Positions 1 through 12,060 of a stretch of DNA of 64,000 nt are shown here, one piece after another. Position 1 is the first letter of the stretch. Each line of letters opens with the position of its first letter. A program made the position numbers and the translations under genes. The DNA is from Sminthopsis crassicaudata (lineage: Eukaryota), in the NCBI RefSeq assembly GCF_048593235.1, contig NC_133620.1, positions 295,631,765 through 295,695,764 of the forward strand, written 5' to 3'. The notes under the pieces are model-generated. The model did no database searches and was not told the origin of the DNA. It saw only the letters and a program-made list of their open reading frames with translations.

Positions 1-136
1 AGATAAACTCACAGTTTAACTGGAAAGAGAATGATTTCACTCTAGAAATCTGCTCCCAGCTGTGTTTGCTGACTTTAGAGATCTCATACTCACTATTCAT
101 AATCCCATAATCCTATAACATTTCTCAGTCTGTCTC

Positions 137-496
137 NNNNNNNNNNNNNNNNNNNNNNNNNNNNNNNNNNNNNNNNNNNNNNNNNNNNNNNNNNNNNNNN
201 NNNNNNNNNNNNNNNNNNNNNNNNNNNNNNNNNNNNNNNNNNNNNNNNNNNNNNNNNNNNNNNNNNNNNNNNNNNNNNNNNNNNNNNNNNNNNNNNNNNN
301 NNNNNNNNNNNNNNNNNNNNNNNNNNNNNNNNNNNNNNNNNNNNNNNNNNNNNNNNNNNNNNNNNNNNNNNNNNNNNNNNNNNNNNNNNNNNNNNNNNNN
401 NNNNNNNNNNNNNNNNNNNNNNNNNNNNNNNNNNNNNNNNNNNNNNNNNNNNNNNNNNNNNNNNNNNNNNNNNNNNNNNNNNNNNNNNNNNNNNNN
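137..496. other. Assembly gap (360 N)
   Basis: Run of N from 137 to 496. Confidence 0.99.
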
Positions 497-3424
497 AAGA
501 GTAACATTTTCCTACATGTATGCAATGGCACATATCTGTCCTTCAGGAGATGAACAAACTCACTTTAGGTGGAGTAGGGCTACACTATTAAGGCATGTAG
601 TGGCTTTCTCAACTGTTTGGAGAGCCAGTCAAGGTACTCTGATTCACTCAGAACCATTGCTCATGCTTCCACTTTGGGAAGACCAGGGGAGCAATTAGTT
701 CAACACAAAAGTATTAACTAGATAGTAAGAAGACTTTTTGGAAAATATTTCCCCTATAACACCAGGGCACATTAGGTAGACAAATAGGTAGATCTTCAGG
801 AGGAAGAGTGAACATATGTAAATAACATATGTGGTACAGGCCTAAATGGAAAGGGAGGTTATAGGTATGAAAGTTCCTTTAATATCATAGATCATGATCC
901 ATCTCTGCTTATTTTATTATGTTCCTTTTGTTCATGTCCTACCAGTCTGGCTGTCTACTTGCCAGATGCCATCTTCTCTTCCTGTCATAAAAGTCCTTGA
1001 TTACATCTTTTTCATCTGTTCTTCTTGGTCCCCTGTGTATGTTACTATCTGTTCACATTTCAAAACCCTGCACCTGTGTGATATTTTTAATTCTTCAAGC
1101 ACTTTTATATTCGGTATTTTGCTATTATATCAGCAACACCAATAGAAAAATGTGATTTTAAAGAAAAAAAAAAAAAAAAGCTTTTATGAGAAGCTTGAGA
1201 CCATTAAGAGAGCTTTGCAATTTCCCAAAGACAATTCATTATTGCAATTTGTCTCTTTTTGTTATTCAACCCTGGGTTCTATTTACTAGACAGTAAATAG
1301 TACTATACTATACTATAGTACTATACTCTCTGTCACAGTTATACTTATTGAAGGACAGGTTCAATGGGTTCCATTCCAAATGCGTGTTATAATCGGGGCA
1401 ATAGGCATTCCTCATCCACTTGTGTTTTGTTTTGCTTTTTCCCTATGTAGATCATCAGGCCAAATGCCTTTGAAGGATTTCTTCTAGGAGTCCCTGCAGT
1501 GTGCTTTGACCATATACATACATCTGAACGACCTCACCAAATCCAGGAAATCTCACCATATTTCCTCCCCCATAGTGCTAAACCACTTTGGTGAGCATAC
1601 ATCTACCTTTTTTATGCCTCATCTGATGTTTATGATTTGAAGATTGATAAATAATAGATTTGTTACTTGTTATAAGGATTTCTGAATGATTATGATGCAT
1701 GGCAAAATAATGTTTTGATCTATCCAATCAAATGCTTTTTCATTATCATAATTAACAAAAAACATTGGACTCATTTAGTCTACATCTTTTGGTTAATTGT
1801 GAAATGGGAAGAAGGTAAAAGTTCTTGTTTCCTCATTGAATATGGCCTTGATTCATGCTTCAGTGACTCTCAAAAGGATTGTGTATGGATGAAGAGGAGG
1901 TCTATAGTTAATGATGGTCTTGACCATATCTTTTTAGTTTGAAACTTTTTCTATACCTGTGGTATTTTCTCTCTTGTATACCTTTTATATCAGACCCAGA
2001 ACATTTAGTTTAATCCAATTGCTTTTCCTTCTTTGTCCACTTCTGGGACTGTGAATAATGTTAGAAAAGGGGGAGGAGGAAAGAGGAACAAACATTTATT
2101 GAGTGAATGCTAAATGTTTTACATCTCATTTGATATTCACAAAAACTTTGGGAAAAGTTGCGATGCCTGAAATTTGCCCAGAATCATACAGCTAGTAAGT
2201 GTCTGAACTCAGGTCTTCTGACTCCAATTCAGCATTCTGTCCAGTTCATCACTTAGCTGCTTCTAGGAATCCAGTAGGGATGGGGTCATTAGCCCTGATG
2301 GAGAAAATAGTTTATTATTTAAAGTTATTATATTTAATGAGTTTTACAAATATTTCCCATTTTCTTCTGTTTGTTAATCCTTCAGTTTTTTTTAAACAAA
2401 AGTTTTTGTTTTATGAACTAGAAAACTATCAACACAAACATTTTCTTATAAGAGAAGGCCAGAAAAAAGGTCATATTAATTGGTTAATCTATTATACCTA
2501 CTTGTTTTTTAAAATACATAACATGCATAGAATAGTATCAACATTGCCCTGCTTATTTTTGTTCTTTTCTGAATTTCCTTCTTCTGTGAACTTTAAAATA
2601 GTTCTTTGAAGTTTTACAAGAGCTAATGTTGAAGAATTGTCCATGTATATGCTTTGAAAAATAAAAAGCTTTAATAAAGAAAAAAATTACAGGGAAAAAA
2701 AAGTTCATTGCTATTTTTTGGTTTGTTTTTAATCAATATTCTGCTATCCCCCTCCCAACTCTCCCACCACCAAATTAAAACCCTCCTTTATTATATAAAT
2801 ATAATCAAGGGAAACAGTTTGTGCTGTGTCATTTGGGTCTAAAAATGTATAACTTTTCCTCCACCACCTCTACACTAATTGGAAATGCTTCATCATCAGC
2901 CTTGTGGAGTTCTGATTAGTGATTGCATTGGTCAAAAGTGTGTGTGTGTGTTTCCCCCAAGTACATTTTAAAACAATTTTAAACATTTGGGTTGTTTTGG
3001 TTTTGTTTTTGTTTTTGTTTTTTTTTTCAGTTTTGAGTTCCAGATTCTATCCCTCCTTCCCTTTCTTCCCTCCTCCTTCCCTAAGATGGTAAGCAGATAT
3101 AGTATTCTATTATGTGCAATTATGTAAAACATTTCTACATTAATTATTTTGTACAAGAAGACTTAAATGAAAGAAGGAAAGTAGAAAATTACGTGTCAGT
3201 CTGTATTGAAACAATATCTCTTTCCTCTTGAGGCAGATAGTATGCTTCATCATTAATCCTTTGGGATTGTTTTGTATTGCTGAGAATAGTTATATCATTC
3301 ACAATTCTTCATTGTACAATATTACTGCTACTGTGTATAACGTTTTCCTGATTCTGTTCACTTCATTTTGTATCAGTTCATGTAAGTCTTCCAAGTTTTT
3401 CTGAAATCATACTGCTTATTATTT

Positions 3425-4190
3425 CTTTTTTTTATTTTTCCCAATACATACAAAGATAGCTTTCAACATTCAACTTTGCAAAACCTTGCATTCCAAAATT
3501 TTCTCTGTCCTTTCCTCTCTCCCAAAACAGGAAGCAATTTGATATAGGTTAAACATGTGCAATTCCTTCTAAACATATTTCCATGTCTATAATATTATGC
3601 CAAAAAAAAATCAGATGAAAAGCAAAAAAAAATATGAAAAAAGGGAAAAAAACCAAACAACCAAAAAAGTGAAAATACTATACTTGAATTCACATTCAGT
3701 TCTCTCTTTGTATACAGATGGCATTTATCATCACAAGTCTATTGGAACTGCCTTGAATCATCTCATTGTTAAGAAGAAGCAAATCCATCACAAAATCTAT
3801 TTGTTGATTATCGCATAATCTTGTTGTTACAGTATATATACAGTGTTCTCTTGCTTCTGCTCATTTAGCATCATCTATTCATGTAAATCTTTCCGGCTTT
3901 TCTGAAATCAGTCTGTTCACCATTTTTTATAGAGCAATAATTTTCCATTACATTCATATATCATAACTTATTCAGCCATTCTCCAACTGATGGGCATCCA
4001 TTCAGTTTCTAGTTCCTGCCACTACAAAAAGGGCTGCCACAAACATTTTTGCACATGTGAGTCCTTATCCCTCTTGTATGATCTCTTTAGGATACAGAAG
4101 CAGTGTGAGCAAAGGGTATACATAGTTCCAAATCGCTCTCCAGAATGGTTAGATCATTTCACCTTCTCCACCAACAAATATTTGTTATTT
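3425..4190 (-). mobile_element. L1 LINE 3' fragment (antisense)
   Basis: Starts in a T-rich tail. The body is the reverse complement of the L1 ORF2-end/3'UTR type sequence seen at 17900-18730 (e.g. gatgggcatcca...ttctagtt...gccactacaaaaagggctgccacaaacatttt). Boundaries approximate. Confidence 0.75.
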
Positions 4191-5118
4191 CTTAAAGCAA
4201 CATACCATTGCAACCATATCTCACAGTTTGCTTAGTTATTTCCCTATTGATTTGGCATCCCCTCTATTTCCAATTCTTAGCTACCACAAAAAGAGCTGCT
4301 ATAAATATTTTTGTACAAATAAGTCCTTTCCCCTTTTTTTGATGTCATTGGGATATAGACCTAGCAGTAGTTTTGTGCAGAATATGCGGTTTTAAAAGCC
4401 CTTTAGGCATAGTTATTGGCCAGAGTTTATAAGTATTTAAAATAGTTTTCCTAGTTCTGATCACATCATCACTTCTTACAGGTTTTTCTGAACCTATCAT
4501 TTTTGTCATTTTTTATGAGGCAATAATATTGCATATATATTGCAATAATATTGCATTATATATGCCTGCATCATAATTTGCTTAACTATTCCCCACTTGA
4601 TGACTACCCATTTTGTTTACAGATCTTTGCTACAACAAAAAGTACTGCAATAGATATTTTTGGACATATGGGTTTTTTCCTCTGTTGATCTCTGTGGGTT
4701 CTTTTTTTGGTCATCTTTGCTAATTTGTTAGCAGTACTTATTGTATTTATTTACATTTCTCTTATATTTTTAGTAATTGGAGCATTTATTCAAAATATGG
4801 TTATTGAGAGTTTGCCAGCTAGGTGGTACACTGAATACAATGATGAGGTCTAGAATCAGGAAGACCTAAATCCAGCCTTAGATACTTCCTAGTTATGTTG
4901 GATAGCTACTTAATATCTGCTGGCCTTCTCCAAACAAACCTGGTTGGTTGACTCCAAGCCGCATGCTCTCCAAAGTTTAGCAGCCAATACTCTTTTGGAG
5001 AGAGAACTCTGGGGTTGAGGATCCCCCTTCGTTCAGTGGAGTCTTCTGGGCTCTGCCCAACCTAATGAATAGCTGCTTCTCCCCTCCTTCATTATAGGGA
5101 CTCTTCTCCGCAGAAGCT

Positions 5119-5258
5119 ATAGGCCGCAATCGTGTCCGCGTGGCCACTAGGAGCTCTGTCTTCACAGGGGTCCAACAACCAACCAGGTTCAGCTATGCCT
5201 AGTAGGAGAACATGGGGAAGAGGCGCTGGAGCTGCGGCTGCCACCCTCTCGCAGAAAC
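5119..5258 (+). pseudogene. Lipoxygenase (ALOX12/ALOX15/Alox12e family) exon 1 relic
   Basis: Reads ATA GGC CGC AAT CGT GTC CGC GTG GCC ACT...TCC AAC AAC..CAG GTT CAG CTA TGC CTA GTA GGA GAA CAT GGG GAA = IGRNRVRVAT..SNN/QVQLCLVGEHGEEALELRL. Collinear with the intact exon 1 at 28076 ([21 protein letters not shown]). ATG is ATA, there are +1 and +4 insertions, and no canonical GT donor. Confidence 0.85.
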
Positions 5259-5499
5259 ACGCTGCCATTAACAATCCAAAAGACTTAGAGAGACGCCAGA
5301 GTCCGGGAGGAAGTGGTTTCCAAATGAGATTCTAAGAACCAGAAGTGTCTGAATCCCAGAGGGACAAGAATTTGGAGCCTAGAGACTCCAGGATCTTGGA
5401 TCTTAGGTTTAGGAGAATTCCTAGATGTCCTTGATTTGTCCTGTTTTCTGCTTTGTAAATATTACTGGCTAGATTTCTTTCTTAAGGATTGTGCCAATT

Positions 5500-5750
5500 G
5501 GTACAGTGGCTTCAGTCAAACAGATCTGTTAAAGACCTTAGCTTAAAAAGGCCAAGGTCTCCCAAGGTATCCAGGGCTGTCTCCAATGATCCTGATCTAT
5601 ATCTGGCCACTTGACCCAGATGACTGGAGGAGAAAATGAGGGAGGTCACACCTTGCCACAGCCCTCCCTCACTTAAATCCAATTCACTTGCTTGTAGAAT
5701 TCCCTCCCTGATGCCATGGTCCTCTTTAAAAAGGAGGGACAAATAACAAT
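5500..5750 (+). mobile_element. Mar1-like CORE-SINE (RTE-derived tail)
   Basis: ggaggagaaaatgaggg...cacagccctccctcacttaaatccaattcacttgc...ccctgatgccatggtcctcttt...ggacaaataacaa resembles the marsupial Mar1 3' region as I recall it. Confidence 0.6.
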
Positions 5751-6995
5751 CCTCCCAGAAACTGTTCCTCTTTCACAAAACCAAAATTTTTTACACTGCA
5801 AGGAGGAAAAACCAGACCCTTTCTGCTCCTTCTTCCAGCCAGATGCTTTCCCATGACTGTAGAGGGACAGCTGATTCCTCTTGCCCCATTGGTGTCCAAG
5901 GATCCCAGCATCCCCTATACACTACTCCTATTGCTACATTTTTCCCCCCATTCAATTCTGTTTCCATCTCCCCATCTTTATGTCTACTCATAATTCTTTC
6001 CCCACGGACCCGGCCTTAGTACTTTGGAGGAAAGAGAGACAGAGAAAGAACCACAGACCCATCTCTTCCCAGTATACCACCCTCTTCAATATCATTTCCA
6101 TCCTGGTCTTCTCATGTCTATGGATATTTTTTTTGGTGTGTGAAGTAGTTGGGGGTGAGTGATTTGCACAGGGTCACATAACTAGTCAGTGTTAAGTGTT
6201 CAAGGCTATATTTGTTCTCAGGTTCTCCTGGCTCCAGGACAGCTGTTCTATCCACTTGTGCTATCTAGTTGCACCTACATCTTACCTTCTGTCGTCTCTC
6301 TTTCTTCATCTTTCTCCACATGATAACCCTCCCTTCTTTTCATTTCTACGTACCTCTCTTTCCCATTTGAAGCCTGACTAGAATCTGTTCTCTTTCCTAG
6401 GTGGGCCACAGGGAAGTATTGGATGTTAAGTCTGGATGTTACGTTCTGCCAACTTTTCTATCCTTCGAGATTTCAATAGTTAGCTGCTGAATCAAGGAGA
6501 GCCTGGGGGTCCCCTTCCTTTGCCCTTATTTAGAAACATGAAAAGAAGTTGCAAAGAGTTAGGTTTTCTCCCACTCCATGGACCCTTCTAGGACCCAGCT
6601 TCTTCCTTTTGATTAAGCCACATATAAAAACATGCCCACTGTGCGTGAAACATCAGATTTGGAGTACTGGTTTTCCTGAAGTCATAGCAGTCCTATATAT
6701 TTGTTATATAACTTTTCCCAACTCCCTCAACTTCCGAACTCTTATCCCCTTAACCTCAGTCTTTCTTAGTGCCTTCCTTTTCTTGTGTCTTCTTCCTTCC
6801 TATATCCTTTCCTCTTCCACTCCCTTCTATTCTTTAACTTTAACCCACCCACCCCCAACTGTTGGGCAAGTAACATTCCATTAATGATTCTCACTTTCTT
6901 TTTTAAAATGAAGGTATTAATTTAGATAACCCCTAAACTCCCTTCTAGCCCTAAATCTTCTGCCCTTTCCTTGTCCTAGACTCCATAATTCTCAC

Positions 6996-7196
6996 TAGTA
7001 GCCTCAGGTAGACAGATGATATCATCCCCTTGCTCCCATTGGTAATAGAGAAACACTTGCTCCTCTTTCTCCTCCATGAGCTGCTCAAAGACTCAATTAT
7101 ATGGTTGCAGAACCAGGCATCCTTCAGCAGATGGTGGATTTTATGAACCTTCACAAACTAGAGGTCTTCTGAGACATCAATATCAAAATTTTCTAT
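6996..7196 (-). pseudogene. Inverted, frameshifted copy of ALOX12 exon 2
   Basis: Reverse strand reads tcctag|ATAGAAAATTTTGATATTGATGTCTCAGAAGACC..TTTGTGAAG..AAGGATGCCTGGTTCTGCAACCATATA..ATCATCTGTCTACCTGAGGCTACTA|gtgag, aligning to 30403-30613 (KDAWFCNHI). 8-nt and other frameshifting deletions; AG and GT retained. Flanking intron sequence (~6650-7420) also matches ~30200-30950. Confidence 0.92.
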
Positions 7197-8099
7197 CTAG
7201 GATATGAGTGTGGGAAAGATAGGAGAATCAGGAGGTAGAGAACTAATCATAGCTCACAAAGCCGTGTATTTTTATAGATTTTATAAATGAGGAGTCTGAA
7301 GCTTCAGAGGTAAAGGAACTTGCCTTATGTCATAAATGTAGGTTTTTAACCTAGTTTGAACCTAGTCAAGAGACTCCTGCTGTGTATAAGACTACTGAAA
7401 AGAAACTTTATAGTTAAATGTCTACACAGGGAAGGCACATACCCACACACACCTTTCATAGAATATCAGAATTGGAAGGATCTGAGGCCATCTTCTCCAA
7501 CTTGTACTTCAACAAAGAACAATTTAACTTCAGCTCAACAGAGATAGTTACTTTTTTGTAAGATACCATGCTAAGTTACAAAAATGAAATTGTCTCTGTC
7601 CCCAGGGAGCTTATATTCTATTGGGAAGATACAACATGACATGTAAATACAAATATTTTTTCTTAAGGAGAGAAGCCTAAGACGCTGTAATGTAGGAGCA
7701 GAGCCTTTAAGGAAACTGGGAATTCTCAGAGGTAAAAGTCAGCCTGTATTAAGGCTGTGAATAGAATTTTGATTTTCATATTCATATGATATTTCATATT
7801 CATTCAATAAGATTTTTCATAGCTGCCGTTTCTGGCTTAGCAGTCAGAAACTCACAAGACAGTTTAAAAATCAATCATTCTGACAATGGCTACATTCTTG
7901 TGGCTATATTGTATCTGTATAATAGTATATTTCATCATGAATACTCTGAAATCAGGATTGCTTAGTGATATAAATTGCTTTGCTGGTTCTGCTCACTTCA
8001 TTTTATTTTAGTTCGTGCAAGTTTTCCTATATAAATTTCTCTGAAACCCTCCTTTTCTCCATTTCTTATAATATAATAGTAACCTATTATATAACTCTT

Positions 8100-8830
8100 A
8101 GGTATTTCACGGTGGTGACTGATATCAATGCCTTTTCCTTGCCCATTTTGAAAAGCTGTTCTCTTCTGCTTATCACTTATGATCTAGAATTTACATACTG
8201 AGATGTATAATTAACAGAAGTTTGTCCCTAGAAAGGATCTTGGAATCTGAGCTAACTTCCACATTCCTTTATCTGTTGAAATCCTACTCATTTACTTTAG
8301 ATGGAAAATGCCATCTGCATTCAGAAAGAGAACTATGGAGTCTGGATACAGATACAAGCATATTGTTTTCACCTTTTCTTCTTCTTTTTTTTCTTTCTCA
8401 TGATTTTTCCCTTTTGTTCTGATGACTTTAATTTCATCATCTGATATGTCTGTTCATATCCTTTAACATATTTACCAGTTGGAGAATGACTTGTATTCTT
8501 ATGTGACACAGTTCTTTATATATTTTAAAATGAGATCTTTATCAGAAACACTGGCTATAAAGGTATCTCTGATAGAACTTAATGGGTAAGCAGACTTTTA
8601 GATATAGAGAAAACCTTGAAAATTTTTATTCAATATAGGGATACCTAAATATGAAGTACAAACTATGAATTTACACTTTGATTGATTAATCTATCTCCTT
8701 AATTTTGAAAATGAGGAAACTGAAACCCAAGGTCATCCAAGGGAGTAAGGAATAATTTGTGCTTGAATACTTCCTATTACAGCAAGTTCATTGCTCACAT
8801 CCTTACCTGACAGTGGCTCTGTTGAATAAG
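8100..8830 (+). repeat. Paralogous copy of ALOX12 intron 1 segment
   Basis: tttgaaaagctgttctct...tatcactta.gatctagaattta and tatgaatttaca.t.tgat...agcaagttcattgctcacat match 29560-29760 and 30000-30180 in the same orientation, interrupted by L1 fragments. Confidence 0.7.
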
Positions 8831-9014
8831 TGGCAGAAACTGAGAATGTTATCTTCATCTTCTAAGTGTAAATGATTGATTTTTTTTTTTTTTTTAGCTT
8901 AAAAAATTTATCCCTATCCTGGGCTGGAAACAGGGGTCCAAAGATGGCATGCTTATCAGACTGAAGATGTAAGCAGCAGTACAAGTAGAAGGAATGGGTG
9001 GAAGAGGCAAAGAA

Positions 9015-9160
9015 ATGAACTTAGGGCTGAATGAAAGGGAAAGCTTCCTAACATTGAGCATAGTTCCAAAATGTAATGCGCTGCCTTCAAAAGTACTAGA
9101 CTCCATTTCACTGGAAATTGTCAAAGGCTGGATGAGTACCAATTGGATAGATAGCATTCA
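9015..9160 (+). mobile_element. CR1/L3-type 3' fragment
   Basis: aaagcttcctaacatt...ccaaaatgtaatgcgctgcct...cactggaaattgtcaaaggctggatga resembles the CR1/L3 (MIR3) 3' end. Confidence 0.5.
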
Positions 9161-9418
9161 GCCTATACCCAAGGTATAGGGACCTGCTCTTGTACTTTGT
9201 TAAGAGAATTTTACTGTATTGGTCTCTAAACTGAATAGCTGAAGTCACACATAGCAGACCTTGAGACAGACTTTTAGAGATCAAAGTAGTGATTTAATTG
9301 TCACTTTCAGAGAGGGGAAATATTGCAAACCAGAAGCTCTTCAGGGAAAGAGACCTTCCCTGTTAAAGGAAAGGTAGAGATTTTATACATAAATCATTAA
9401 GTAGGAAAGTGGTTACAA

Positions 9419-9580
9419 GGGGCAGCTAGGTGGCGCAGTGGATAGAGCACCAGCCTTGAATTCAGGAGGACCTGAGTTCAAATCTGGTCTCAGACACTTC
9501 CTAACTGTGTGTCCCTAGGCAAGTCACTTAACCCCAGCCTCAAAAACAAAAACAAAAAAAAAAAACAAAAAAAAAAAACC
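9419..9580 (+). mobile_element. WSINE1-type CORE-SINE
   Basis: ggggcagctaggtggcgcagtggatagagcacc...gagttcaaatc...aaccccagcctc plus A tail. TSD gaaagtgg(a)ttacaa at 9405-9418 and 9584-9598. Confidence 0.9.
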
Positions 9581-9689
9581 CTTGAAAGTGGATTACAATA
9601 TAATTCTTTTGATTGCTTCAAATCTTGAGGGTCAATGAACTCCCACACCTACCCCTACCCTCAGCACAGAACTAAAGTTCTAATGCGCC

Positions 9690-12050
9690 ATGCACTATGC
9701 GTATGCCCTCACCCAGTACAAAAGATGTGACGCCTCTCCCACTCCCCACACATTCTCTAGTACTGGAGCTCCTGGAAAAAAATGATCTTCCCTTTCACTC
9801 TCCTCCTGGGGCAGACAGCTCTCCCATAGCATTTTGCCAAAGGATGGGAAAACTCCAAGTGTAATCAAATATGAAGATTCCAATCTCCTATTCCCAGCAC
9901 TGGTAGTTCCCCTAGTTATACCATCTGACTGCTTCTGTGACCTTACAAATCTCTGCCCCTTTGCCATAACCTGCAATGAATAAAAGGATAAATCTATATA
10001 CTTCCAGGCATCTCAACCTATGTTGCTCAAGGAACAAAATAATTGCAATGCTTGCATAAAATCAGAGACTAGTACTATTTTTTTCATATTATCAAGGGAG
10101 GTGATATGAGAAATCAGTCATCTTCTTTGACTCAAAAGGTTAGACTGGGTTACATTCTAAATGACCATTCAGTTCTAACATGCATGAATCTGACTAAAAC
10201 TTTTATCATCATTTTTTTTCCATCATCTGCATCACTACTATAGTTAATAGGTCTTCAAAGTTATTGCATTTATGTGCAGTATGTGTAATATACCATTTAT
10301 CTTGTTCCAAATTTACTTCTTCCAAGCTTCATGGGATTAGGCCAGGCCTCTTTCCACTACAAGCTAGTGGCTTTTTCTCTTCCAGCTCCAAGTCTGTTCC
10401 ACTGCACAGGTTCATGAACCATAATTGAATGCACTATTACAGGTATGGGTATATGTTGGTTTTTTAGTATGGAAAGTAGATGGTGGTGGGAAGAGCATTC
10501 AGTGTTCAAATTCTGATCCTGACTGTTATAAGGGACAAAATACAACTTCTCTGGCCTAAATTTACATTTTGGCAAAAAAGGGAATTGAATTATATGATTC
10601 TCATGGCTTTAAAGCACGGAGCATATGGGATTCTCTCACTGATCACAACTGCTTTCCTGATGACTACTACCCTCTAATTCTAGGAGTTTGGAACTTAATT
10701 TTGAGAAATTGTGTGAAGATGTTCTTCCTAATTCCTGGATGTTAATGAAAAAGGATCCTTCCTTTAGGAAGTCTGTCCTGCTTCTTCCAAATTGGCAAGT
10801 TTGATACATGCTATCATCCCCACGGACAGCCAGGTCTATCTACACCACTACCCACCCAAAGCGAAACAGGCTTCATTCCCCTTTCCTAAGAAGATGCACT
10901 GCGAGACCATATTCCCACTTCACGACGGTCCGGCAAGACCCTTCTCCCGCACTATTCTCATTAGGAGATGAGGGAAACTAAGTCGTCATTCAAAAAAAAT
11001 GCCCCGTATTGGGAATTCACAGAACTTTTCATTGTTCGAAGGACTCGAAAAGCCGGCAGGGTCGCTTTGGGGGTCACATGACTTTTCAGAGATCAGACTC
11101 GGCAAGATTTCCCTCCACCCCTTATTTCCTCCATCGCAGGGGAGAGAGTCCTATTTGCCCCCGGACTCTGTGGAAACTGAAGGCCTGCGAATGTTGGCCT
11201 CAACACCCCTTCATTTCGACGTTTCTCTCTGCAATTTTTTTGGGGGAAGGGCCGGTCTCTGGCGTTCTACGCCTGCCCCTTTTCCGGCTCTAGTGTCTTC
11301 CTTTCCCCAATCCCGGAACTCCTGGATGGGCTCCTACGCAAAATTTGATCTTGCCCGTCTCCTACTTTTTTTGTTGGGTCCGCCCCTTCCGGATAAAACT
11401 CCGCCTCCCGGCGCCAATTCCCTTCAAGGGGTGGGCTCCTTCCCCAGACCCCGCCATTGTAGCCCCTCCAGGCCACACTCTTCACACGCACTTCCCCCAC
11501 TTCCCGGTCCTCAAGATAAACTCCTCCCGAGGAGAGGTTCCCCTTTTTCTGGCTTCCTCCCGCTCTCTAGGTCCTCCTCTTTAGGCTAGAGTCCCGCCTC
11601 CTTCCACGCCTCAATTAGGTTCGGTCCACCCCTGCTCGAGCTCGGCCCTCCCCACTCTTTCCTCCCCCAGTCCCGGCCCGCCTCGATCTTGTCAGTCCTC
11701 GCTCGCGCTCTTGTGCTTTACTTCCCGCTCTCCTTCTGCTAGCTGGAACCGTGTTCCACCCCAGCCTTTGCACTCCCTCCTAGGTCTTGGGCTAATGCTC
11801 GGCTTGGTTTACTTCCTTTGTGCTAGGCCCCACATGACCGCAGGGAACGTGAAGGAGGCCAATATGGGCCATGACTTATTGAAACTCCTTTGGTTGGACC
11901 AGAGAACGTTTGCCAGGAATCGAGGGAGCAGAGGAGGGCGAGGCTCGAGAGAAAACGGTAGTAGGTGGTAGTGGTGGAGCCTGGAAAACAAGAGGCGGGA
12001 GCGGGGATGAGAATTTGCTAGTTGGCCCTCGGGCCACTAGATGGTGCAGT
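9690..12050 (+). repeat. Segmental duplicate A of ALOX12 3'UTR + RNASEK promoter + RNASEK exon 1 relic
   Basis: Collinear blocks with ~41330-43750, e.g. tggggcagaca..cattttgcc.aaggatgggaaa; AATAAA 9979-9984; gaagatg.tcttccta; agaagatgcac; agccggcaggg. TTG GTT TAC TTC CTT TGT GCT AGG CCC CAC ATG ACC GCA (11804-11842) aligns codon by codon to [19 protein letters not shown] (24/39 nt identical). Confidence 0.85.
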
Positions 12051-12060
12051 TTATAGACTG
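10860..12060. promoter_or_regulatory. Orphan CpG-island-like promoter (copy of RNASEK promoter)
   Basis: Visibly CpG-dense in an AT-rich region. GTCACATGAC at 11073-11082, GC boxes (11379-11386, ~11400, ~11592), ETS core CTTCCGG at 11386-11392. Confidence 0.65.

Noticed and set aside
93-533. Two 144-146 aa ORFs in the track
   Set aside because: Artefacts of translating through the N gap
500-2100. Coding-looking stretches on the - strand near 1340-1600
   Set aside because: Translations have stops and match no family I can name; probably old repeat debris
6399-6530. Possible + strand lipoxygenase exon 2 relic (tcctag|GTG..GATGTTACGTTCTGCCAAC, like DAWFCN)
   Set aside because: Match is too short and needs an indel; flanks do not align
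9419-9500. tRNA-like A/B boxes here and in other SINE heads
   Set aside because: They are SINE promoters with CORE body, A tail and TSDs, not tRNA genes
10999-11589. 196-aa ORF, the longest non-exonic ORF in the track
   Set aside because: Lies in the GC-rich duplicated promoter where stops are rare; P/S/L/G-rich with no recognisable homology, and starts upstream of where the RNASEK-type TSS would fall. Ribosome profiling would be needed to revive it.
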